25,870 bases of DNA from a virus. Its lineage: Duplodnaviria > Caudoviricetes. The translations under genes were made by a program, and so were the position numbers. The DNA lies in IMG/VR virus record IMGVR_UViG_3300021962_000576, positions 1 through 25,870 of that record, one strand, 5' to 3'. Positions 18,087 through 25,870 of the stretch are shown here, piece by piece (within the stretch, counting starts at the first letter, position 1; each line of letters begins with the position of its first letter). The notes below the pieces were generated by a model. The model did no database searches. It was given only the letters and a program-made list of their open reading frames with translations, and was not told the DNA's origin.

Positions 18087-18137
18087 TCAATTTATTTATT
18101 GACTAATAAAACTATTATTTGAAAATAGAGGATAAAC

Positions 18138-18144
18138 TATTTAT
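18138..18144 (+). promoter_or_regulatory. TATTTAT motif upstream of the 1625-aa gene
   Basis: AACTATTTATCAAA, 13 nt before ATG 18158; a second TATTTAT lies at 18093-18099 in the same spacer. Confidence 0.5.
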
Positions 18145-18157
18145 CAAATAAAATTAC

Positions 18158-21100
18158 ATGCCTAAATCTTATAGAATACAAACAGAAGTCGGTGTTGATA
18201 AAAACATACAAGTTCAAATAGACCAAGAGTTTGACGAACTTGAAATTTTATCACTTAAGATAAGACAAAGTGATGTATATTCTAAAGACTGTTCTCAGTA
18301 TGGGGTTGTAACAGGTAGGGTGTTAGCTAATGGTGGTTTTGGTATACCAAATGCGAGGGTTTCTATTTTCATACCACTATCTGATGAGGACCAATTAAAT
18401 CCAGTACTATCAACTTTATATCCATATAAAAATTTTAGTGACCTAAATGAAGATGGGTATAGATACAATCTATTACCTTATGTACAATCACATTCAGGAC
18501 ATAACCCAACAGGAACATTCCCCGATAGAACGGATGTATTGTTTGATGAGAGTGTCATTGAAGTTTTTGACAAATATTACAAGTTTACTGTAAAAACAAA
18601 TTCAAGTGGCGACTATATGATTTTAGGTGTACCTGTTGGTACACATACACTTGTATTAGATTTAGATTTGTCCGACATTGGTGAATTTTCTTTGAGTCCT
18701 CAAGACTTGATACGAATGGGGGTTGCAACAGAATCTCAAGTATCGGGTACAAGATTCAAGTCATCGGAAAATTTGAATTCATTACCACAGATTGTTAATT
18801 TGAATAAAGCATTGGATGTTGCACCATTGTGGGGACAACCTGAAACATGTCAAATTGCAATTTCAAGGGTTGATTTTGATTTGAGGGAAGAAGCCAATAT
18901 TGATATACAACCAACAGCAATTTTTATGGGTTCTATGATATCATCACCTGATGATACAAAATTATCAACATATTGTAATCCAAAAAATAGATTAGGTAAT
19001 TTATGTGAACTTATAACAGGACCTGGTGAAATAATAGGACTAAGACAAACAATATTTCAGGGTGATGATGGGTATCCATTATTGGAGGTTGCTGATTTGC
19101 CAAACAATGGTAATCTAATTGATGAGGATGGTGTGTTTATGTTTGACTTACCAATGAATTTAGATTACGTGGTAACTAATGAGTTTGGTGAAAGAATTTT
19201 CTCGGACAACCCTGAGATTGGAATACCAACATCTGCAAAATATAGATTTAAACTAAAATGGAAACAACCAAATACATTAAATGTTGATGTAAAAAGACCA
19301 TATGTTTTAGTTCCAAATATTAGAGAATATGGTTGGAATTCTACAGGTAGTGCTGCTAACTCAACAGATATTGAGAAGTCTTATGCTTTTAGTTTAGATT
19401 GGTCTGCATATACTAGTCCCGATGCTGCGGTAAATTGTGAAGATACCTTCTATAAGTTTCAGTATAATAAAGTATACACTGTTTCTCAGTTCATTGATAA
19501 CTTAAGTGGTGAAGAAGATAATCCTTATTTGTTTATTTCAAATATATTTGGTAGACGAGAAAGGTTTGTTGGAATCAAAGAAATAACAAGTAGGGATTGT
19601 AAAAGTACTAATAACGAATTCCCAACAAACGACGCTGTTAGGAATTTTAATTTACAATTTTTTATAGTTTCTATTTTATTTCAGATATTACAAATTGTAA
19701 TGTTGCCTTTGATATTCATATATCACGTAATATCATTTCTATGGAATTCATTTCTAATACCAACAGCAATTATACTATTAGTTCTTGCCGGATTCCAAGT
19801 TGCTGGTGAGATATCCGCGGCGTCTGCGGCTATCGCATCTTCAGCGTTAGGAGGTTGGGGTAACTTTTTATTGGCATTACCATTCGCAGCCAAGGCAACT
19901 GCTTGGTCTGCTTTTGGTATTGGATTTGCGGTTTTGGCAACAAAACTATATGGGACCAAATTTCCACCTATCAGATTACCAATGATAACATATCCTGATT
20001 GTGAGGCTTGTGATTGTGGTACATCAGAAGGTGAATCTAATGGTAGCGCAAATTTTGGTTCATCATCTTTAGTACAAACAAGTGGTTCCATTTATAAAAC
20101 AGAAAATATTACTTTCCCGTACAATGGGAATGATTGGGCTGCCGACCCAGATGACAATGACTATGGAACTAAAATAGGTTTGTACCAAGCTGGTATTGTG
20201 TCAATATTGGGTGGATTGTCATATCCTAAAGAAAGAACAAGGATGCCTGGTATTGGAGATAAAGTAGATGGTAAAAGATTTTGGTCTGACGAATTAACAC
20301 TATCTGAAAGAATCAATAAATTTAATCTAAAACAAAATTACTTTAATAATGGTTCAAACAGGGTAAAAATTTATATAGAACCTAATGTAAGTTCAAATTC
20401 AGGTAAATACCACTTTGATAATACTCTAACAATTTTTTCACAACCAGGAATTACATATTCACCTGGTGATTTAATAACATTTGTGAATACTTCTAATTCA
20501 CAAGATATTAACGTACTTAGTGGGGTTACTAATGAATTACAAACAAATTCAATTACTGGTACATCACAAACACTTACACAAGTTACAGTTCCGTGGTGTT
20601 ATATGTATGATTATTTTTTACCACAATCCACGACTTATAATTTTACAGGTAATACAACCGCATCAACAATTTATCACCAATACCCAACAGACATTGAATA
20701 CTGTCAAGTTATTACCGCAATAACAGTATCTGAGGCACGAACCATTAGACAAAACTCTGGGGGTAGTGTTGCACTTACTTCTTTTTGGGATGTTATAAAT
20801 GGTGGTATGAATATTAGAAATGAAAATAACACTAATGCGGATAAAAAATTTGTTGCATTTCCAAATGTAATCGATGGGTTTGATGACCAAGTAATCCTTA
20901 TTCTACAACGAGGTGTTGACCCATATTCACCGTTATTTGAAACAAAGGTTGGTATTGGTAAACTATTAGGTAAAACTAATGAAGACGTCATTCAAGTAAC
21001 CGCGAATCTAAGATTAAATGTACCTGTACAGGCTTTACCTAACACATCAACATTTAGTTTGACAAGACATAATATTGGAACTAATAACGTTTCAACAACA

Positions 21101-23035
21101 GGGTATCTTTTTCACCCATCTTATTTCTATGAGCCTGGTACTGGTTATAGTGCATATACAACATCTGCAACCACACTGTACTCAAGAATGGATGGTAGTG
21201 CCGGTACGTTCTCACCATTCCCTAGTTCTCAAAAACCACTAAGTCAAGTTTCAAACATATCGGCTAACAGAGTAAAAAGTAATACAAGTGATAATGATTT
21301 ATACACAACAACATCAACTCAAAGATTGTATAAGTACATTTCAAGTGACATCTTAGATGGTGGGTCTTACATGTATTTTGATAGAGATGGTTGGGGTACT
21401 ACTAAGTTTGATAGAGATGCCTACTATTCACCAGTTTATAATGCGATAACTGATACAATTAATATGTCAGATAAAACTCGTGTTATCATGAGAAGTGATA
21501 GATTACCAACATCAGATAAAAAAGAGACCGTTGGTGGTAATTCGTACGTATTACAACAAAACTTAAATTTTGCAATTTATAATGTCACAAATCCACAAGA
21601 ATTGAATGTCGGATTCAATGGGTACTCAACAGGTGCTTCATTAGGTGGTGATGGTATTTCAGATAATGACTTTTTAGGTACTAATGTTCTAAATTCTTAT
21701 AGCTGTGAGAACATGGTTTCTTTAGATTGTTATAGTGGTGATGGATATAACTTTGGTGTTATTGAGAATTGTGATGGTGATTATGTTCAAAATGGTTGTT
21801 ATGTGTTAGTAACGAGACCATTTGTCTCATTATTCAAAGACTTCGGGTATGTTAATGAATGGGGATATAGATTTAGATTTTTTTATGGAATTTGTCAGGG
21901 TGTAATATCTGACGTATTCTCAAATAACTGGGTGAATGGTACTGTATATACATTTCCAATACAAATTGATAACTATTACAATGGGAACCCATTTAGTCCT
22001 AATTTCAATCAACCAATTAGTGAATATTGTCAAAAAGCGGTTTATTTCCATTCACCGACAAATAACTTCTATCTGAGGTCGACTCCGTATTATTCAGGTG
22101 CAACACAATCACTTTCTAAATTTGTGGGTGCATCACCATTGACAGGTGCCTATAACCAAAGAGAAATTTTATTCCCAACAACAATTATGGATTTGGGTCC
22201 AAGAGATTTTTACCTCAAAGAACTTATTGGTTCACCATCTTATAATGGTTATGCGGTATCTGGATTAACAACTACATCTTATGGTGATTTGAGTGATATA
22301 TTGAATGTTTTCTTATTGACAAGAATAACAAATACAGGATTTTTATCACAACTATTTAGTGCGGGAAATGCATCAATAAATGGATTATTTGACCAAAGAA
22401 AAAACTCATTTAATAACGCTTATGGTAGAATTGATGGTGATTATGCACAACTATCATCAATAAACTCCCAAGTTGGTGTAATAAAATTCAATAAAAATTA
22501 TTATGGAACGGGTAATCAAATCATCGTTGCTGGTAATAACAATGACAATGTTATGTTGGGTATTTTCTTTTCATCATCAACATATGATATCCAATTAATG
22601 GACAATTTCTCACCTGGTAGAAACATCATTGATATTGCTAACGTACAGGTTTTAGATACATACGGATTCAACTCACAAGATGTACCAATGTTCCAATGGA
22701 ATATACAATCTAATACATCGTTCAATACTATTTTTGGTTCACAAAGAAACAGTTGGGCAACATCTAGAACGGATATTTATAGTTCTAAGTATCAAGGATT
22801 AGATAGAATATCTTCAAATTATTTCCAAAATGGAAATAGGTCAACAACTTATAATATTAGAGGGTACATATTTGCTCAAGACCAAAATGGTGATTTGACA
22901 ACTAGTACTCAGGGTATTACACAAGGAAAGAAAGTCGTGGGTGCACCATGGCACTTCTACTTTGGGTTACAAAGAGGTGCATCAGCATTTGATAAATTCG
23001 CCAAAATTTATATAACAGACCCAAATGAGCTCTAA
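18158..23035 (+). CDS. Large putative baseplate/tail-associated protein (1625 aa) with prealbumin/carboxypeptidase-regulatory-like N-terminal domain and an internal hydrophobic segment
   Basis: GVVTGRVLANGGFGIPNARVSI..KTNSSGDYMILGVPVGTHTL pattern; about 100-aa hydrophobic stretch followed by CEACDC; N/S/T/G-rich remainder; position after gp6. Confidence 0.6.
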   Translation: MPKSYRIQTEVGVDKNIQVQIDQEFDELEILSLKIRQSDVYSKDCSQYGVVTGRVLANGGFGIPNARVSIFIPLSDEDQLNPVLSTLYPYKNFSDLNEDGYRYNLLPYVQSHSGHNPTGTFPDRTDVLFDESVIEVFDKYYKFTVKTNSSGDYMILGVPVGTHTLVLDLDLSDIGEFSLSPQDLIRMGVATESQVSGTRFKSSENLNSLPQIVNLNKALDVAPLWGQPETCQIAISRVDFDLREEANIDIQPTAIFMGSMISSPDDTKLSTYCNPKNRLGNLCELITGPGEIIGLRQTIFQGDDGYPLLEVADLPNNGNLIDEDGVFMFDLPMNLDYVVTNEFGERIFSDNPEIGIPTSAKYRFKLKWKQPNTLNVDVKRPYVLVPNIREYGWNSTGSAANSTDIEKSYAFSLDWSAYTSPDAAVNCEDTFYKFQYNKVYTVSQFIDNLSGEEDNPYLFISNIFGRRERFVGIKEITSRDCKSTNNEFPTNDAVRNFNLQFFIVSILFQILQIVMLPLIFIYHVISFLWNSFLIPTAIILLVLAGFQVAGEISAASAAIASSALGGWGNFLLALPFAAKATAWSAFGIGFAVLATKLYGTKFPPIRLPMITYPDCEACDCGTSEGESNGSANFGSSSLVQTSGSIYKTENITFPYNGNDWAADPDDNDYGTKIGLYQAGIVSILGGLSYPKERTRMPGIGDKVDGKRFWSDELTLSERINKFNLKQNYFNNGSNRVKIYIEPNVSSNSGKYHFDNTLTIFSQPGITYSPGDLITFVNTSNSQDINVLSGVTNELQTNSITGTSQTLTQVTVPWCYMYDYFLPQSTTYNFTGNTTASTIYHQYPTDIEYCQVITAITVSEARTIRQNSGGSVALTSFWDVINGGMNIRNENNTNADKKFVAFPNVIDGFDDQVILILQRGVDPYSPLFETKVGIGKLLGKTNEDVIQVTANLRLNVPVQALPNTSTFSLTRHNIGTNNVSTTGYLFHPSYFYEPGTGYSAYTTSATTLYSRMDGSAGTFSPFPSSQKPLSQVSNISANRVKSNTSDNDLYTTTSTQRLYKYISSDILDGGSYMYFDRDGWGTTKFDRDAYYSPVYNAITDTINMSDKTRVIMRSDRLPTSDKKETVGGNSYVLQQNLNFAIYNVTNPQELNVGFNGYSTGASLGGDGISDNDFLGTNVLNSYSCENMVSLDCYSGDGYNFGVIENCDGDYVQNGCYVLVTRPFVSLFKDFGYVNEWGYRFRFFYGICQGVISDVFSNNWVNGTVYTFPIQIDNYYNGNPFSPNFNQPISEYCQKAVYFHSPTNNFYLRSTPYYSGATQSLSKFVGASPLTGAYNQREILFPTTIMDLGPRDFYLKELIGSPSYNGYAVSGLTTTSYGDLSDILNVFLLTRITNTGFLSQLFSAGNASINGLFDQRKNSFNNAYGRIDGDYAQLSSINSQVGVIKFNKNYYGTGNQIIVAGNNNDNVMLGIFFSSSTYDIQLMDNFSPGRNIIDIANVQVLDTYGFNSQDVPMFQWNIQSNTSFNTIFGSQRNSWATSRTDIYSSKYQGLDRISSNYFQNGNRSTTYNIRGYIFAQDQNGDLTTSTQGITQGKKVVGAPWHFYFGLQRGASAFDKFAKIYITDPNEL

Positions 23036-24713
23036 TGATACGCAAATAGTTTTAGGTTCTCTTAGATATAAATCTAGTACTAATCAGGATTTATTCATAC
23101 AGGTTCCACTAACATCTGAACAATCTGAAATGATTGAATCAGATAGAACTATTGTTGTTAATTCTGCGGAACAGTATGATATTGAAAGACAAGAGTCTAC
23201 AACATTTAGACTTAGTGCCAAAATAAATTACATTTATGATAATGATGTGTTGGGTACGACAACATATCCAATCTTATTGAATAATCTTTATTATTACAAT
23301 CCATATCAGTCTTTTGTTACAGGTCAATGGAGTGGTTTTCCGCAATATCACGAGTTCGATTTAATTAGAAATGATGTAAACACACAACAAGTTAATTTTA
23401 TACCTAAAAGTGCGTCGACATATAATTGGAACGTGATGCTTAGTTATGCGTATGAAAATAACACAACAAAACAAATGCGGTATGAATCACCAGAATACAA
23501 TATAAATTGGGTTTGCAGTGATGGAATACCTTTTAGAATAACTCAAGAAAGAAATAACGGACAAAAAGTTTTGAAATTCACATGCCCAATGCCTCATGGT
23601 TTATCCGTTGGTGAATATGTGATTTTGAATTTTAATTATAACGGAACTAACGCATTCCAAGTTGACTTTATCGGAGATGATTATTCAAACAATAGGGAAT
23701 ATGTTTTTGGTTTAATAGACATTGGTTACACAGGAACAACATTTGGTGATGGTGTTACTGGTACATTTAGAAGATGTATAACAATTACAAATAGTGCTGA
23801 AACAACATCAAATTATTATGTTAGAAGACATAAGATTATAAAACCAATCCAAGAAACTATTTTAGAAAAAGCTGGATATGAACTAAATCCTTTTAGGGAT
23901 GATACACAATATGAACAAAGTGCGTTCACACCAAATAATGTTGCTAGAATTTCTAAAAAGAATAACTCACAAGCGTACACTGTATCATTCAAAACCGATT
24001 TAGGTATTGATGGTATTTTAGACAATCAAAAAAGACCTATTAGTGAATTGTACTATTCATTCTTCCATAGAGGTTATTTTGGACTTTTTTATGACAATGA
24101 TATTGTTGGATTAAAAGAAGGTTGGAAGTTCAATGTCGGAACAGGTACTACGTGGTGGGATAAAAATAATCCCGATTCGAATAGTAGTTTGAATTTGTTG
24201 AACTACTCAAAAACTGTAAATGGTAATACGTATCAGTTCAATTATAATGAAACACCAAATGAGGGTGATGTTTTTGATGGTGATTTTTGTGAGTGGAATA
24301 ACTACACAATGATTGAAAGAGTTATTTCAAATATGTACCATAAAATTACATATAACCAACAGATTTTTAATACACAACCATCTCAAACTACAAACTATTA
24401 CGGGTTCTATTATCAACCATTCCATCCAACAACAATAAAAGTATTTTCTTCATACATTGAGGATGCGGTTGCCACAAACGCGAGTAATGTACCAACATAT
24501 TCGTATTTCTCTGAATCAACAAATAGGTTTAGATGGAGAGACATTTATCCGTATGGTGTTGTTGATGAATTTAATAATGGTGTCGATTACCCATATTTGA
24601 ATTCTGCACACTATCCTTTTGAGAATATTATTTTCAGATTAATCCCTGAAGGTGTTAATTATAATATACAATCCTTCATAATAACTGACCCTGTAATCGA
24701 TGACTGTGAATAA
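23025..24713 (+). CDS. Putative virion structural protein (562 aa)
   Basis: Overlaps the upstream gene by 11 nt. Y/N/T-rich; contains FTCPMPHGLSVGEYVIL, an HGLxxGxxV beta-barrel motif common in phage tail proteins. Confidence 0.65.
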   Translation: MSSNDTQIVLGSLRYKSSTNQDLFIQVPLTSEQSEMIESDRTIVVNSAEQYDIERQESTTFRLSAKINYIYDNDVLGTTTYPILLNNLYYYNPYQSFVTGQWSGFPQYHEFDLIRNDVNTQQVNFIPKSASTYNWNVMLSYAYENNTTKQMRYESPEYNINWVCSDGIPFRITQERNNGQKVLKFTCPMPHGLSVGEYVILNFNYNGTNAFQVDFIGDDYSNNREYVFGLIDIGYTGTTFGDGVTGTFRRCITITNSAETTSNYYVRRHKIIKPIQETILEKAGYELNPFRDDTQYEQSAFTPNNVARISKKNNSQAYTVSFKTDLGIDGILDNQKRPISELYYSFFHRGYFGLFYDNDIVGLKEGWKFNVGTGTTWWDKNNPDSNSSLNLLNYSKTVNGNTYQFNYNETPNEGDVFDGDFCEWNNYTMIERVISNMYHKITYNQQIFNTQPSQTTNYYGFYYQPFHPTTIKVFSSYIEDAVATNASNVPTYSYFSESTNRFRWRDIYPYGVVDEFNNGVDYPYLNSAHYPFENIIFRLIPEGVNYNIQSFIITDPVIDDCE

Positions 24714-25870
24714 ATATAAAATAACGATACCAACAGGAACTACGGAATTCAACTTCGTGGTGGATATGTCTTGGGATATGTTAGCTCGTGATAATGAAAT
24801 TAATGCTTATGAAAATAAAGTATTGGCTTTGTTATTGGGTGGGGATACTGATTTTGAATTAAATAGGTTTGAACATTGTGAACATGATAATGGTACTTTT
24901 ATTAATTATGAATTTTTCTTTACATCGGCAACAACAATAACAAACAACACTGTTTGGGAGAGTACATATTTACAACAAGGATTTAGTGTACAAGATTTAT
25001 ATTATGCAAAACCTGCATTTGTGAATTCATTTTTTAAATTAGACTTTTATGACACAACTAGTGAAACAACACAAAATAGTTATCTAACAATCATATTACC
25101 AACAAGTCAAGGTGAAACACAACCGGCTCAATTACAAAGAGGAGTTAATGTTGAAATTCGTAAACCTTATTTTCATTTAGATTTTATTGGTGACAAAGAA
25201 GGTTTTTTTCTTTATTGGTTGAAAGATTTAGAATATTTAGGTATTACAACATTTTACATGTCTGTAAAATTCTATGACGCAAAAATTGGGTCATTTGTTA
25301 AAATGATGAATGAACCACAAAATGCGTCAGGAACTGGGTATTATAATTTTGATGGAAGTGAAAAATTTTATTACAAAGTATTGTTAGATTACCCAAATCA
25401 ATGTTATAGTGTTCACACAATGGACAATACACGTGTTGGTGATTCTGAAACTAATACAATAAAATGGTATGAATATGTAAACCCTACAGGTAATAGTAAT
25501 GAATCGGTAGTACCATCAACACCTAGTACCACACCATCTAACACACCTAGTGTTACACCAACTGTTTCATTATCTGAATCACCTACACCCACACCAACTG
25601 AAACACCTTTAGTCTCTAGTACGCCAACTACTACACCAACTGAAACTGTAACACCAACTGCAACGCCAACTGAAACTGTAACACCAACTGTTTCTGTATC
25701 TGACACGCCAACACCTACACCAACTGTATCAGTATCTGACACGCCAACTGCAACGCCAACTGAAACTGTAACACCAACTGTTTCTGTATCTGACACGCCA
25801 ACACCTACACCAACTGTATCAGTATCTGACACGCCAACTGCAACGCCAACTGAAACTGTAACACCAACTG
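24706..25870 (+). CDS. Putative virion protein with Thr/Pro/Ser-rich repeat region; 3'-truncated by the window and absent from the ORF track
   Basis: GTG at 24706 overlaps the previous gene by 8 nt. Manual translation MNKYKITIPTGTTEFNFVVDMSWDM..FFKLDFYD..KEGFFLYWLK..IKWYEYVNPTGNSNESVVPSTPS.. has no stop in 388 codons. Confidence 0.88.
   Translation, partial: MNKYKITIPTGTTEFNFVVDMSWDMLARDNEINAYENKVLALLLGGDTDFELNRFEHCEHDNGTFINYEFFFTSATTITNNTVWESTYLQQGFSVQDLYYAKPAFVNSFFKLDFYDTTSETTQNSYLTIILPTSQGETQPAQLQRGVNVEIRKPYFHLDFIGDKEGFFLYWLKDLEYLGITTFYMSVKFYDAKIGSFVKMMNEPQNASGTGYYNFDGSEKFYYKVLLDYPNQCYSVHTMDNTRVGDSETNTIKWYEYVNPTGNSNESVVPSTPSTTPSNTPSVTPTVSLSESPTPTPTETPLVSSTPTTTPTETVTPTATPTETVTPTVSVSDTPTPTPTVSVSDTPTATPTETVTPTVSVSDTPTPTPTVSVSDTPTATPTETVTPT
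25654..25870 (+). repeat. Perfect 90-bp in-frame tandem repeat (TPTVSVSDTPTPTPTVSVSDTPTATPTETV), at least 2.4 copies, continuing off the window
   Basis: 25681-25770 is identical to 25771-25860 and a third copy begins at 25861. Periodicity extends back to 25654, with degenerate Thr-Pro repeats from about 25513. Confidence 0.95.

Noticed and set aside
18099-18121. TTGACT..TATTAT as a sigma-70 or Bacteroidota promoter
   Set aside because: The spacing is only 8 nt and ATTATTTG misses TAnnTTTG. The ACTATTATTT 10-mer shared with 7720-7729 may be chance in AT-rich DNA.
234-24025. Short track ORFs antisense to or out of frame within the long genes (e.g. 234-497, 5203-5427, 5617-5829, 7823-8128, 9776-9976, 19723-20091, 20520-20723)
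   Set aside because: All overlap long, well-supported + strand genes and show no motifs or independent expression signals; they are shadow ORFs.
25413-25832. 139-aa minus-strand Val/Gly repeat ORF
   Set aside because: It is the antisense mirror of the Thr/Pro repeat in the + strand ORF starting at 24706.
25654-25870. Tandem repeat as a CRISPR array or replication iterons
   Set aside because: There are no unique spacers, and the unit is a multiple of 3 lying in frame within a coding sequence.
1-25870. Stop-codon reassignment (no complete gene ends in TAG)
   Set aside because: Code 11 gives intact, tightly packed genes with no in-frame TAG or TGA interruptions. TAA dominance is expected at this AT content, so the window offers no evidence of recoding.

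Overview
AT-rich (roughly one-third G+C by eye), gene-dense segment with every credible gene on the + strand, most consistent with a large (probably jumbo) contractile-tailed dsDNA phage of a Bacteroidota host. A DNA replication/recombination/dNTP cassette (7825-15673: gp32-like SSB, RecA/UvsX, 5'-3' flap exonuclease, an unknown 150-aa protein, DnaB/gp41 helicase, and a class I ribonucleotide reductase whose beta subunit carries the ATP-cone) sits inside a baseplate module. Upstream is a >2240-aa gp27/VgrG-like hub protein; downstream are gp25, gp6-like, 1625-aa and 562-aa proteins, and an ORF missed by the track (24706->end) that runs into a Thr/Pro tandem repeat. Regulatory signals: a Bacteroidota sigma-A type promoter (TTTG-N20-TAnnTTTG) before ssb, three intrinsic-terminator-like hairpins, and a recurring TATTTAW motif just upstream of five genes. 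No GATC site was found on a manual read of the whole window. No tRNA, CRISPR, intein, intron or recoding was seen. All calls are by motif recognition; no searches were run. I see no clearly new self-contained system. The best leads are the phage-borne ATP-cone/class Id-like RNR, the membrane-segment-bearing 1625-aa baseplate-cluster protein, the expanded hub, the TATTTAT element and the GATC avoidance.
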